NCBI GenBank assembly: GCA_018653365.1
Contig: JABIAG010000001.1
Location: 128,001-192,000 of the forward strand
Reading direction: 5' to 3'
Origin: Candidatus Woesearchaeota archaeon
GTDB lineage: Archaea; Nanobdellota; Nanobdellia; Woesearchaeales; JABIAG01
DNA length: 64,000 nucleotides
The notes beneath the pieces are model-generated. The model did not search any database, was not told the DNA's origin, and saw only the letters and a program-made list of their open reading frames with translations. The number at the start of each line of letters is the position of its first letter. Position 1 is the first letter of the stretch. The position numbers and the translations under genes are program-made. Positions 17,664 to 30,100 of this stretch are shown piece by piece.

Positions 17664-17938
17664 TACATCACAATTTCAGAACTTTCTTCAGGCTTTTCAT
17701 CATCCTTTTTCTCATCAACAGCATCCATGAATGCTCCAACATTAGGAAGATCTGCACTTACATTTTTCTCCGCAGGACTAGAAAAAACATCTGCAACATT
17801 TGGATATTCAACATTGGAAGAACTCGATTCAATAGTTGAATTAGACAAGGGTTCAGAACCAACTAACACATTTAACAAATGAATAACCTTTTTAATCTCA
17901 TGATGAGAATCTTCTTTAGTATCGATAGTGATCTTCAT
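17660..17938 (-). CDS. conserved hypothetical protein
   Basis: MKITIDTKEDS..EIKK N-terminus, acidic tail; TATA upstream. Confidence 0.75.
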   Translation of the reverse strand: MKITIDTKEDSHHEIKKVIHLLNVLVGSEPLSNSTIESSSSNVEYPNVADVFSSPAEKNVSADLPNVGAFMDAVDEKKDDEKPEESSEIVMY

Positions 17939-18238
17939 ACTGTATCATAAGAAAAGATGTATTTAAATTATTTGTTTTTAAAAAGCAAACCTTTATAAAT
18001 CCCTTCTAAATTCTCAGTTTTATAACAATCACCTTCTCTCAAAGGCAAACCGTCTTTGAAATAACACAAAAAACATGAGTGCTTGACTTAATAGTTAAGT
18101 ATAATGTAAATTGAAACAAACCCGTTGATTGATTAAATCAAAAATTCAAGTGCAAATTTTTGATGTTCATGAAATCTGTTTCATAAACAATCAATCTAAC
18201 AAATCTTTTAACTTCAAAAGCAAATTGCGATAGCTTCA

Positions 18239-19701
<1,463 letters not shown>

Positions 19702-19774
19702 TTTATTTTTTTATTATAATTTATTGTAATAAAGTAATAAACTTGGTTTGTTTCAATTTGCACTCATATTCATC

Positions 19775-19881
19775 GGGCCTGTAGTTCAACGGTAGAACGT
19801 CGCCCTTGCATACGCGAAACGGACATCCGATCTTCGCATCCAGAGAGGCGGAGGTTTCGGGTTCAAATCCCGACGGGTCCA
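19775..19881 (+). tRNA. tRNA-Ala(TGC) with 35-nt intron at 37/38 (19811-19845)
   Basis: GGGCCTG/CGGGTCC acceptor stem with G3:U70; anticodon TGC at 19807; T-arm GGTTCAAATCC; CCA not encoded. Confidence 0.92.
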
Positions 19882-20027
19882 TTCATACTCATTTATTAAA
19901 ATTCATCGAGAATTTAAACCTCTTGATGAAAGGAGGAGTTGTAATCTTACTCAAGAATAACTCATTTTTGAGCAGCGCTTTGTCTGCTGAATTACAATAA
20001 TGAAGCCATGCATAGTAGAGTGTTCGG

Positions 20028-22912
20028 ATTAAGCTATTAGGTGGATGACTTTGCTCAAAAGTCGAGGAAGGACGCGACAAGCAGCGATATGCTTTGGGGA
20101 GTGGCAAGTACACTTTGATCCAAAGATTTCTGAATGAGACTTCTCATCAGATCCTTCGGGATGGATAACGCGGGGAAGTGAAGCGTCTCAGTACCCGCAG
20201 GAAAAGAAATCAACCGAGATGTTGTTATTATCAGCGAGAGAAAGCAACGAAAGGCAAACTGAATCTTTTATAGAAATATAAAAGAGATGTGGTGTTTGGA
20301 CTGTTATAATTTGTCGCATTTAGACCTGAAATTTTCTGGAAAGAAATGCTAAAGAGGGTGATAGCCCCGTAAGGGAATAATTGCATGAATAGACAGGATC
20401 CAGAGTACTACTACTTTGATATGTGGTAGGAATGTAGGAGTCATCAACTTCTAACCTTAAATACTATTTGAGTCAGATAGCAAACAAGTACCGTGAGGGA
20501 AAGTTGAAAAGGACCCCTAACAGGGAGTCAAAAGACCCTGAAACCTAATAGCGATAGTTTGGTACGGCTTTACGAAGTTGTACCGTAAGTTTTGAATAAC
20601 TTGCCAGGGAGTTTATTAATGTGGCGAGACTAACCAAACGGGAGTCGAAGGGAAACCAAAGACCGCGCAGGTAACGAGGCGGTTAGGTGTGAAAGTGCCT
20701 ATAGTCACATTAGTTTAACCCGAAACCGGACGATCTAATCCTGGGTAAGGTGAAGTAAGAGTAAGATCTTATGGAGGCCTGAAGAGATGCTACGTGCAAG
20801 TGCTCTTCTAACCTGGGATTAGGGGTGAAAAGCCAATCGAGTCCGGTGATAGCTGGTTCCTATTAAAATTGGCCTTAGTCAAGTCTTGACCGAGATAGCC
20901 AACACTGTAGAGATACGGATCTAAGATTTTTGCCTGGAAACGGGTGGGTCTTTCGTCCAACTCCGAAGGTGTTGGCATTGTAGACGTCAGGAAACGGCGT
21001 ATCGATTTAAGGTCGGTGCGCGAGAGGGGAACAACCCAAACTGTAGTTAAGGCCCCTAAATACTGTTTAAGTGTTAAAGGGTGAAAAGTGTCGTTAGCCA
21101 TAGACAGCAAGGAGGTTGGCTTAGAAGCAGCCTTCCTATAATAAGTGCGTAACAGCTTACTTGTCGAGGTTAACGGCCTTGAAAATGGACGGGACTAAAT
21201 CAGTTGCCGATACTACAGATCACTGCAAAGTGTATGGTAAATAGGTGTACTGTTTGAGTAGAAGCTCTTCTGAAAAGGAGGGTGGATCGGGTAGTAATAA
21301 GAATCCTGGTGGTAGTAAGAGCGAAGCAGAGTGAGAATCTCTGTCACCGAAAGGGCAAGGGTTTCTTGGCAATGAAAATCAGCCAAGAGTAAGTTGGTCC
21401 TAACCTCCATCACAAGTTGATGGGAGGGAAAGGGAAAAAGGTTAATATTCCTTTACGCTTTAAGTATAAGTGGCAACACAAGTTTTTTTGCTAACGCTTT
21501 GGAATAGGCTGACACAAATTATCGTTTGTGTTAACGAGAATAAATCAAAGGAGTATCGTTATGATGAGAATTTGATTAAATCTCGGAATAGTGGTTCTAA
21601 AGAATCATTCAGTTGATTTCTTGAGCCCCTGAAAAGGCAAAAATTCAGATCTTAAAGTGCCATACCCAGAACCGGTACAGGTGCCCCTGGGTGAGAAGCT
21701 CAAGGTGTAATGGTATAATCCGACTAAGGGAATTCGGCAAATTGGCCCCGTATCTTCGGTACGAGGGGTCCCTGTGGTTGTGTAATTTTATGTTATGCAA
21801 TTGCAGGGCGCAGAGACTAAGGAGGTCCGACTGTTTAACAAAAACTTAACCTTCTGCTAGCCTGTAAAGGTGCGTATAGAAGGTGACGTCTGCCCAGTGT
21901 CAGTATCTCAAACTTTCTTTCAAGGAAGCTAAGGACTGATAAACGGCGGGGGTAACTATAACTCTCTTAAGGTAGCGAAATGCCTTGTCGTTTAATTGAC
22001 GACTCGCATGAATGGCGTAACGAGATCTCCACTGTCCCTAGTTGGAAGCCACTGAACACTCTATCCTGGTGCAAAGGCCAGGGATCTCCAGTGGGAAGCG
22101 AAGACCCCGTGAAACTTTACTGTAGTTTGTCGTTGTGATGTTAGTTCTATTGCATAGTGTAAGTGGGAGCTGTTTGAATCATGCATTTTCGGGTGTATGT
22201 TAGGCACTAATGTAACACCACTCCTTAGAATTGGCGTTGCTTACTTGTTTACAAGGACATCGACTGATGGACAGTTTGGCTGGGGTGGCACCCCGCCGAA
22301 AAAATATCGGCGGGGCCCTAAGGTTAGCTCAGACGGGTTGGAAATCCGTTGTAGAGTGCAAGAGCAAAAGCTAGCCTGATTGGATCTTTAATATGACGAG
22401 TTCCAAACACGAAAGTGTGGTCTAGCGAACCTCTATGTCCTCATTGATGGGGGCTAGAGATGACCGAAAAGTTACTCCGGGGATAACAGAGTTGTCGCGC
22501 CTGAGAGCTCATATCGACGGCGCGGTTTGCTACATCGATGTCGGCTCTTCCTATCCTGGATGTGCACAAGCATCCAAGGGTGAAGGTGTTCACTTATCAA
22601 AAGGGATCGTGAGCTGGGTTCAGTACGCTGTGAGGCAGTATGTTTGATATCTACTGGAGATGTAGAATGTCTGAGAGGAAGGATCTTCTAGTACGAGAGG
22701 AACGAAGAATCGAAGCCACTGGTCTACCGGTTATCTGATAAGGTATGCCGGGCAGCTACGCTTTAAGAGATAAGTGCTGAAAGCATCTAAGCACGAAACT
22801 CACCTCAAAAAGAGACATTTTCGGGATTCCTGTAAAAGACAGGTTTGATAGAACCAATGTGTAAGTTTTAAGGCAACAAGAAATTCAGCATGTGGTTACT
22901 AAACGTCCCTAC
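20028..22912 (+). rRNA. rrl: 23S rRNA (ends approximate)
   Basis: AGTACCGTGAGGGAAAG, GGTAACTATAACTCTCTTAAGGTAGCGAA, sarcin-ricin loop AGTACGAGAGGAAC; flanking stem GCCATGCATAG/CTATGCATGGC. Confidence 0.97.
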
Positions 22913-23116
22913 CAGAATATTTCTATGCATGGCATCATTTTTTTTCTTTTAAATTAAATGATTTTTCATAAACAATTTTTTATAATAGCGATAGCGCTTT
23001 TATTTACTTGAAAGTTTTTCAATGTTTTTGTAAACTTTTCAATAATTTCTAACAAAACTTTATTAAAAATAAAAAGTGTTGTTGTTTTATCGTCGAGAGA
23101 TGTTTGAGGTGATAAA

Positions 23117-24403
23117 ATGAAAAAATTATTTTGTTTAGCGATAGCTATGTTAGTTTTGCCTTTAGTTTTAGCTGTGCGAATTGAGGAAGTGTATTATGAT
23201 CCTGTTGAAACTGAGTCTGGAGGCGAGGCTGTTGTTCTTTACAATCCATTGGATTTGGCAGTGGATATCTCTGGGTGGACAATAAAAACAGAAACTTCTG
23301 ATGCTGATGTGATTTTGCCATTAGAAGCTGTTATTGGCGCTCAGGGATATTATTTAATTACAGATATTGGTTGGGATGAAAGTAAAGATGATGAAATGTG
23401 GAACGGTGCAGATTATGAAGAGGCGATGACCTTGGGAAATAGCGATGCAGGTGTAGCTTTAGTTGACTCTTTGAGTCAGATTGTTAGTAGTGTTGGTTGG
23501 GGAGATAGTTCAGAAATAGAATCAGGATTGTATGAAGGCAGTCCTGCAGTTGATGTCGAACCTGGAAGTTCTTTGTTACGTGTTCAGAGTTTGGGAAATA
23601 ATTTTGTTGATTTTGTTAGTTCTTCACCTCAATTAAATTCAGGTAGTTCTGATGGAAATGAAACTCATCAAGGCATAGTCATTAATTTAAATGTTTTAGA
23701 CTATTCTGTAAGTGTTGATTGGGTTAATATAAGTCCTGATGCGTTTGGAGATGAGGGAGTGCAAGTCTTATTGAATCCTGGACGAGAAAAAGAGATTATT
23801 ATAACTTCTATGATTACTCACGAGTTTAATTATAGTTTTATTGAAAATGTAACTGTTAATAATCAAAGCATGGTTTTAATGGATGTCGTTAATAAAACTA
23901 GTGCAATTTTTGAATTAAAGTTAGATTTAAATTATAGTATTCTGCCAGGAAGTTATGATGTGCTGGTTTTTGTTGGAGAAGAACAAAAGTCTAATAATTA
24001 TGAAATATTGAGCTTGATGGCAATAGATGTTGATGTTGAAGAATTGAATCTTGAAGTTAAAGAAAAAAACTTGCGTTATGCACTTCTTGGAGATCAAAAT
24101 TGGAATGTTGGAGATAAACCATCCATTAAGAATATTGGTAATGTTGGGCTTGATTTGGGTGTTAAGGCTACAGAGTTAGTGGGTGAAGATGCAAACTTTT
24201 TATTGGAAAACGTCAGATACTCTTTTAATAACGACTTTTACTCAAGTAAAGCAGGACAATTATCAACAGAACTCGAAATTGTTAACCTGAATCTAGAACC
24301 GGCAGACATTAACGAGTTTGGGTTGGAATTTTTTGTAACGGAAGAAGTTGAGAAAGGAAGTTATGAAGGAAAAATAATGCTTTCTGCTGTGAGTTCTGAA
24401 TGA
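23117..24403 (+). CDS. secreted lamin-tail-domain (LTD) protein with Ig-like C-terminus
   Basis: Signal peptide; IEEVYYDP..GGEAVVLYNP..VDISGW; SD GAGGTGA. Confidence 0.85.
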   Translation: MKKLFCLAIAMLVLPLVLAVRIEEVYYDPVETESGGEAVVLYNPLDLAVDISGWTIKTETSDADVILPLEAVIGAQGYYLITDIGWDESKDDEMWNGADYEEAMTLGNSDAGVALVDSLSQIVSSVGWGDSSEIESGLYEGSPAVDVEPGSSLLRVQSLGNNFVDFVSSSPQLNSGSSDGNETHQGIVINLNVLDYSVSVDWVNISPDAFGDEGVQVLLNPGREKEIIITSMITHEFNYSFIENVTVNNQSMVLMDVVNKTSAIFELKLDLNYSILPGSYDVLVFVGEEQKSNNYEILSLMAIDVDVEELNLEVKEKNLRYALLGDQNWNVGDKPSIKNIGNVGLDLGVKATELVGEDANFLLENVRYSFNNDFYSSKAGQLSTELEIVNLNLEPADINEFGLEFFVTEEVEKGSYEGKIMLSAVSSE

Positions 24404-24822
24404 AATTATTTTTGTTGTTTTTATTTTTTTTAAGTTTTGAATTAGTTAGTGCAGGGTTTGGTGTATCACCGAATAAGATAATTGATGCAGGAGAAGTCTA
24501 TGTTATTAATGCAGATGAGTACGAAACCGAATATGTATTAAAACCTAGTGAGGGAGTATCTATTAGTGAAACCTCTATTTTGGTTGCTGCCAAAGGAAAA
24601 GAAAAAATTAAGATAAAAACAAGTGAAGGTGGAACTGTCGAAATAATTGAAAAAAAAGAGGGGCTTTCTTCAAGCATCATTATTCCTGTAGAATCTACTG
24701 CATCTAATATTGAATTTTATGCTGCTAATGATAAATCAGGGGGTTGGCTGGGAGTGATAGGGATTAATGTGGTTGGTTTGTGTTTGGTGGGGGTTTTAAA
24801 ATGGAAGAAAAAACTCTTTTAG
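24400..24822 (+). CDS. secreted protein with C-terminal anchor
   Basis: Signal ..VSAGFGVSP; C-terminal TM + KKK; ATGA overlap. Confidence 0.75.
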   Translation: MKLFLLFLFFLSFELVSAGFGVSPNKIIDAGEVYVINADEYETEYVLKPSEGVSISETSILVAAKGKEKIKIKTSEGGTVEIIEKKEGLSSSIIIPVESTASNIEFYAANDKSGGWLGVIGINVVGLCLVGVLKWKKKLF

Positions 24823-25133
24823 TGTTTTCTATTATTCTATTTTGTTTTGGGGTATCTATGCTTTATTTAATTTATTCTACTACCGATGTTTCCGAAGTTA
24901 AGGATATGCGAGTTCATATGGGAGAAACAGTCAAGGTTTATGGTGAGGTCGTTCGTGTAAATGTACGCGATGGTGTGACCTTTATTGATATTAAACGAGA
25001 ACAAATAGTTCAAATTGTCTTTTTTGAAGAAATGGACTTGGGTTTATACTCTGATGTAGAAATTATTGGTGAAGTTGCAAAGGGAATGCACGGTTACGAA
25101 TTATTAGGAAGAGAAATTAAAAAAATAAAATAA
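24801..25133 (+). CDS. membrane-anchored OB-fold protein
   Basis: N-terminal TM; GETVKVYGEV..VEIIGEV. Confidence 0.7.
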   Translation: MEEKTLLVFSIILFCFGVSMLYLIYSTTDVSEVKDMRVHMGETVKVYGEVVRVNVRDGVTFIDIKREQIVQIVFFEEMDLGLYSDVEIIGEVAKGMHGYELLGREIKKIK

Positions 25134-25139
25134 AAAGAA

Positions 25140-25457
25140 TTAATCTGCTAGCGCTAGATCGTTGTTTGAAATTGGAATGTTATCCCCTGTTTTGAAATCT
25201 TTTTTATTCAAAATGTTTGGGATTATTTTAAGTCCTTTAGCTAAAGGCCAATCAAACCAAGCTAGACTAAATCTATCAGGGGTTAGTCGTTTGTCGATAA
25301 ATTTAACAGTAACACCGGGCATTTTTCGACCTTCTGTGGTCATAACGCTTCCACCAGTTTCGTCTTTTCCTGCAGTTCGACTCATTTCTCCTAAACTCAC
25401 GTGAGTAAGTTCATGAAATGTAAGTTTAACAATCCTATATTCTTTTGCAAATTTCAT
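25140..25457 (-). CDS. hypothetical protein
   Basis: SD GGAGG and TATA upstream. Confidence 0.6.
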   Translation of the reverse strand: MKFAKEYRIVKLTFHELTHVSLGEMSRTAGKDETGGSVMTTEGRKMPGVTVKFIDKRLTPDRFSLAWFDWPLAKGLKIIPNILNKKDFKTGDNIPISNNDLALAD

Positions 25458-25515
25458 TTTTCAGCCTCCAATAAGCTCGATAGTTAAAATCTGTAGTTGA
25501 GGTATATAAACTTTT

Positions 25516-26091
25516 TTAATTTGTATAAGATATTTTAGACTTTTCAAAATGGAATATTTGTTCAGGAGTGGTTATTTTCTTTTTCTTCATAATGTCAAGA
25601 AAATTTTGAAATACCTGATTTGTAACTTGGACATCGCTCATTGCTCTGTGTTCTTGGTTATTTATTATGTTAAAATGATCACAAATAACTGATAGTTTTT
25701 TACTTTGAAGATCTGGAAGAAGTCTGTTAGCTAATTTTCTAGTACAAAGTTTTTGGTTATTGAATTCTTGTTTTAGATGTCTTAATGCATTTTGGTGTAA
25801 AAATCCATGATCAAATGTAGCATTGTGTGCAATTACTGTGTGATCTTCAAGAAAGTTAAGAAAATGAGGTAGGGCTTTTTTTATTGGTGGAGCATCTTTT
25901 ACTAATTCGTTATCAATTCCGGTGAGTCTTGTTATAAAGCGAGGAATTGGCACTTTTGGATTAATTAAGGTCTGAAATTCATCTATTACTTTGTTATCTT
26001 TCACTTTAACTGCAGCAAGTTCAGTAATTTGATGAAAGTGTTTGGATAAACCCGTTGTTTCAATATCTACTACAGCATACTCTTTTAACAT
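25516..26091 (-). CDS. DEDDh 3'-5' exonuclease (DnaQ/PolC-like)
   Basis: VVDIETTG, AHNATFD, HRAMSD; start moved to MLKEY. Confidence 0.92.
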   Translation of the reverse strand: MLKEYAVVDIETTGLSKHFHQITELAAVKVKDNKVIDEFQTLINPKVPIPRFITRLTGIDNELVKDAPPIKKALPHFLNFLEDHTVIAHNATFDHGFLHQNALRHLKQEFNNQKLCTRKLANRLLPDLQSKKLSVICDHFNIINNQEHRAMSDVQVTNQVFQNFLDIMKKKKITTPEQIFHFEKSKISYTN

Positions 26092-26213
26092 CAATTGACT
26101 TTTGAATAGATCTTTAATAAATATTTTGGTAGTTGATTTCTGAAAACTTTTCAAAAAAATAAGAATTCTTTCAACTTTTTTGAGATGAAACATATAAACA
26201 TTTCATACATTAT

Positions 26214-27422
26214 GTGTATATGTTTTATGAATTATTATTGGGTATTGGTTTGGGAATTGTGGGGGGAACAATTACTGGATTGATTCCAGGAATACATGTA
26301 AATCTCATAACCATACTTGTCTTATCTTATGTTAGCTCACTACTAAGTTGGTTTTCTGTATTTACGATAGGTTGCTTTATAATTTCTCTTTCTGTAACAC
26401 ATACTTTTTTAGACGTGCTTCCTGCAATTTATTTAGGAATGCCCGATTCAGCCACGGCATTGGGTGTTTTGCCAGGACATAGATACTTGTTAAAAGGTTG
26501 GGGTTACATGGCAGTAAAATTAACTTTGATAGGCAGTTTTTTTGGTCTGATTTTTGGGGTTTTATTAATACCTTTGTTAATTCTTGTTGTTAAACTATCC
26601 TATCCGATTCTAAAGAGTTTAATGGTAATAATTCTGTTAAGTGTGTTTGTTTTTATGGTTATTAAAGATAGGAAGAAAGGTTGGTCTATTTTTGTTTTTA
26701 TTTTATCTGGAGTCTTGGGGTGGCTGGTTTTAAATACATATAATTTAAAATATCCTCTATTTCCGTTATTGACAGGAATCTTTGGGGTTTCTACTTTGTT
26801 GTTTAGTATTAGAAGTACCAGTACAATTCCTGAGCAACTGATAAGCTCTGAAATAAAATTAAAACATAAAGTTGTGATTAAATCACTTTTTGCCGCGGTG
26901 TTAGCGGGATTTTTAACCTCTATGCTTCCGGGAATTGGTTCATCGCAAGGAGTAGTTATAGGTAAAGAATTTGCAAGAAATGCGGGGGATCATGGGTTTA
27001 TGGTTATTCTGGGAGGAGTCAATACTGTAAACTTTGTTCTATCTTTGGTTACCTTGTTTGTGTTGAGTAAGGCACGTAATGGTGCGGTAGTTGCAGTGCA
27101 GGAGTTGATTGGTCAAATCGGGTTGAACCAATTATTAGCATTTATTGCAGTGGCACTAATCGTTGGAGGTGTGGGTGTTGGGCTGACGTTGTTTTTGGGG
27201 CGAGTATTTAGTGGAATTATTTCTAGGGTTAATTATAGAGGCCTGGTTTTTAGTGTGGTGTTGTTTATAATTGTATTAACCCCTTTTGTTTCAGGATTTA
27301 AAGGGTTATTAATATTGTTTACAGCAACTGTTCTGGGTTTAATCCCCGCAATAGTTAAATGTTCAAGAACACATGCGATGGGTTGTTTAATGATTCCAGT
27401 AATGTTATGGTTTTTAGTATGA
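26214..27422 (+). CDS. TctA/DUF112-family transporter permease
   Basis: GLIPGIHVN, VLPGHR; more than 10 TM segments. Confidence 0.85.
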   Translation: MYMFYELLLGIGLGIVGGTITGLIPGIHVNLITILVLSYVSSLLSWFSVFTIGCFIISLSVTHTFLDVLPAIYLGMPDSATALGVLPGHRYLLKGWGYMAVKLTLIGSFFGLIFGVLLIPLLILVVKLSYPILKSLMVIILLSVFVFMVIKDRKKGWSIFVFILSGVLGWLVLNTYNLKYPLFPLLTGIFGVSTLLFSIRSTSTIPEQLISSEIKLKHKVVIKSLFAAVLAGFLTSMLPGIGSSQGVVIGKEFARNAGDHGFMVILGGVNTVNFVLSLVTLFVLSKARNGAVVAVQELIGQIGLNQLLAFIAVALIVGGVGVGLTLFLGRVFSGIISRVNYRGLVFSVVLFIIVLTPFVSGFKGLLILFTATVLGLIPAIVKCSRTHAMGCLMIPVMLWFLV

Positions 27423-27468
27423 AAAAGTTTTTATAGTTTGTTAATTGGGTTTTCAATGGTGATAAAAA

Positions 27469-27861
27469 ATGTCAAAATCTGAAATGATTGGTTTTGCAGC
27501 GTTAATATTGGTAATTGTGATAATTATTGCGTTAATGATGTGGGGACTACCTAAATATGGAATTTATAAATTAGAATTACAGGGAAAAGCAGATCTAAAA
27601 GAGGCAGAATGGAGTAAGCAAATTCTTATTGAGGAAGCAAGAGCTTTGCGAGATGCAGCTAAGTTAAGAGCAGAAGCTGAAGTAGAACGAGCAAAAGGCG
27701 TAGCAGAAGCTAATAAAATAATTGGGGACAGTTTAGCGAATAATGATGCATATTTACGTTATTTGTGGATACAAGGATTGCATGACGGAAGTAGCGAAGT
27801 AATTTATATTCCAACAGAGGGCAACCTTCCAATATTAGAAGCAACAAGAAATGTTAGATAG
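27469..27861 (+). CDS. SPFH/prohibitin C-terminal-like membrane protein
   Basis: TM + AEAEVERAKGVAEANKII..YLRYLWI..VIYIPTEGNLPILEA. Confidence 0.75.
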   Translation: MSKSEMIGFAALILVIVIIIALMMWGLPKYGIYKLELQGKADLKEAEWSKQILIEEARALRDAAKLRAEAEVERAKGVAEANKIIGDSLANNDAYLRYLWIQGLHDGSSEVIYIPTEGNLPILEATRNVR

Positions 27862-27930
27862 GTTTAACATAACATTTTTAAACATTGTTTTTAATATTTT
27901 ATTACTTTTTTTTAAAAAGGGGTGATAAAC

Positions 27931-28101
27931 ATGGCAAAAGAAAAACCAGAATGTAAAGGATTTGGATTTATTTTAATCTTGGCAGGAATATTGTTTTTAC
28001 TGCAAGATTTGAACGTATGGAACTTTTGGGGATTAAGTTGGTACACTGTAACGTTAATCGTAGTAGGTATTAAGTTTGCAGTAATGGCAGTTAATAAATA
28101 G
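27931..28101 (+). CDS. small 2-TM protein (LiaF/DUF5668-like), not in ORF track
   Basis: MAKEKPECKGFGFILILAGILFLLQDLNVWNFWGLSWY...; SD GGGGTGA. Confidence 0.75.
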   Translation: MAKEKPECKGFGFILILAGILFLLQDLNVWNFWGLSWYTVTLIVVGIKFAVMAVNK

Positions 28102-28152
28102 TTTTTTTTAAAATATAAAACTATATAACTTAATTCTTTTTTTATTTTTATT

Positions 28153-29325
28153 ATGCTTCCTAAGAAAATTTCTGAAATAGTAGATAATAATGTAAAAATT
28201 ATATCTAAAAAGTTAGAGTATAAAAAAGACTTTTTTGGGGATAGTCCTGCACCATTCATTGGAAGATATGGCTACCCAAATGTAAATGTGGGTGTGTTAT
28301 CAGCAATTGATTATTCTAAAAAAGATGAATTAGATAACCCTCAATTATGGAGTAAGAGTGGAAAAGGGGTTGACGAGATTGCTGGAATTCGAAGTAGTTT
28401 GATAAATTCACGTTTTAAATCAAATATATTTTCTAAACAGGAGAAGTTGAACTTACTTGCAGAAGAGGTGGGCATATCTTCTAAACCTGTTGAGGTAGAA
28501 ATAGGATTGAAAGATAAACCACAATTTAGATTAAACACATATTCACATGCAACTCCCACCGGACCAAATGCCGATCTCGAAAAAGCAAAGATAACGTCTA
28601 ATGTTAAAGTAGATGTTAAGGTAGAAAAAGCGCATTCAGACGTTCATTTGAAGGCTGCTAACGCTTTAAACGAATTGTATAAGAAAGGAGTGGATGAAAA
28701 TAATCTTGCTCGAGCGTTGAGTGTTGGGGGTTTTGGAATTGGAAAGAATAGAAAGTTAGTTCCAACTAGATGGTCTATCACAGCAACAGATGACATTTTA
28801 GGGAAAAAACTAATTTATGATGTTAAAGGACTTAACTCATTAGATTGTTATAAACTTTACTTTGGGGGGATACTTGGCAATTATTATTTAATTATGATGT
28901 TGCCCGAAATATGGGGTTATGAACTGTTTGAAATGTCCTTAGCTAACGTTAACAATTACTCTACAGATCACGAATTTTATGCAGGTAGGAAGAAGTATTC
29001 ATTTTCTTGTGAGGGGGGTTATTATACTGTAAGGTTGGGTGTGTTGGAGCGAATGATTGAACAGCGGAAACAAGCTACTGCATTGGCATTTAGATTTATA
29101 ACTTCAGAATATACTGCTCCTCTCGGGGTGTGGGTAACAAGAGAAGCAACACGAAAAGCACTAATGAGTAAGGCATTCGAATTTAACTCTTATGAAGAAA
29201 TGATTCTTTTTGGAAAACAACTTATTATGGATGAATTTAAATTTGATTTGGGTAAGTTGATTAGTAAGAGTGTATTGTTAAAAGAAAGAAAGGTACAGAA
29301 AAAGTTGTTTGAGTTTACGGTATAG
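28153..29325 (+). CDS. nreA: Nre-family DNA repair protein
   Basis: FIGRYGYPNV, RKLVPTRWSITATDD, PLGVWVTRE, C-terminal PIP box QKKLFEF. Confidence 0.9.
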   Translation: MLPKKISEIVDNNVKIISKKLEYKKDFFGDSPAPFIGRYGYPNVNVGVLSAIDYSKKDELDNPQLWSKSGKGVDEIAGIRSSLINSRFKSNIFSKQEKLNLLAEEVGISSKPVEVEIGLKDKPQFRLNTYSHATPTGPNADLEKAKITSNVKVDVKVEKAHSDVHLKAANALNELYKKGVDENNLARALSVGGFGIGKNRKLVPTRWSITATDDILGKKLIYDVKGLNSLDCYKLYFGGILGNYYLIMMLPEIWGYELFEMSLANVNNYSTDHEFYAGRKKYSFSCEGGYYTVRLGVLERMIEQRKQATALAFRFITSEYTAPLGVWVTREATRKALMSKAFEFNSYEEMILFGKQLIMDEFKFDLGKLISKSVLLKERKVQKKLFEFTV

Positions 29326-29359
29326 AAAAATTATTAAATAAACTGGATGGAGTAAGATT

Positions 29360-30085
29360 ATGGTTGATTTTAAGAAAGAAGTTGCAAAGTTAAAAGACGT
29401 ATATGAAGAGATCATAAAGTTCGAGGTAGACATATCTCAACCCATCATGCCTAGTTTGGACTTTTATAAAAGTCGACAAAACTTGTATTTACAAAGTTTA
29501 CAAACAGTAGTGGCAGAGTTAAAAAAGACCGTAAGAGTAATCGAGGTTGAAGAGGGTGAAGAGGCAGTGCTGGATCGAATTAAAAGCGTTGTGGGAAAAC
29601 TTGATACTAAAAGTAATGATGAGTTGAAGTTATTAGTTGAAGAATTAATTAAATTAACTAATGATGCGAACATAAAAGAAGAACAAAAAATAGAATTGCC
29701 AGCATCAATTCCAAATGATATTTATCCAGAAGTAGAAGCAGACATGAATGAAATGCAGAAGTGTATGAGTGCGGGGTGTTATAGGAGTGTAGTAATTCTT
29801 TGTGGACGGATATTAGAGGTAGTGTTACATCGAAAATATTTTGAGGCAACACAAAATGATCTACTTGAAAAAAGTCCAGGTATTGGTTTGGGAAGTTTAA
29901 TTGCTAAAATGAAAGAACGAGGTCTTGAGTTTGATCCTGGATTGACGCAGCAGATACATCTAATAAATCAAATAAGAGTATTTAGTGTACATAAGAAACA
30001 ACAACCATTTCAACCCTCAAGAGCACAAGCCCAAGCTATTATGTTATATACTGGAGATGTTTTAGAAAAAATGTTTAAAGAATAA
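29360..30085 (+). CDS. coiled-coil + DUF4145/HEPN-like protein
   Basis: CYRSVVILCGRILE, LGSLI, R-x4-H (RVFSVH). Confidence 0.7.
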   Translation: MVDFKKEVAKLKDVYEEIIKFEVDISQPIMPSLDFYKSRQNLYLQSLQTVVAELKKTVRVIEVEEGEEAVLDRIKSVVGKLDTKSNDELKLLVEELIKLTNDANIKEEQKIELPASIPNDIYPEVEADMNEMQKCMSAGCYRSVVILCGRILEVVLHRKYFEATQNDLLEKSPGIGLGSLIAKMKERGLEFDPGLTQQIHLINQIRVFSVHKKQQPFQPSRAQAQAIMLYTGDVLEKMFKE

Positions 30086-30100
30086 GTTGGGGTTTAATGT

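Noticed and set aside
27912-28259. 115-aa minus-strand ORF
   Set aside because: Shadow of the 56-aa membrane gene (27931-28101) and nreA
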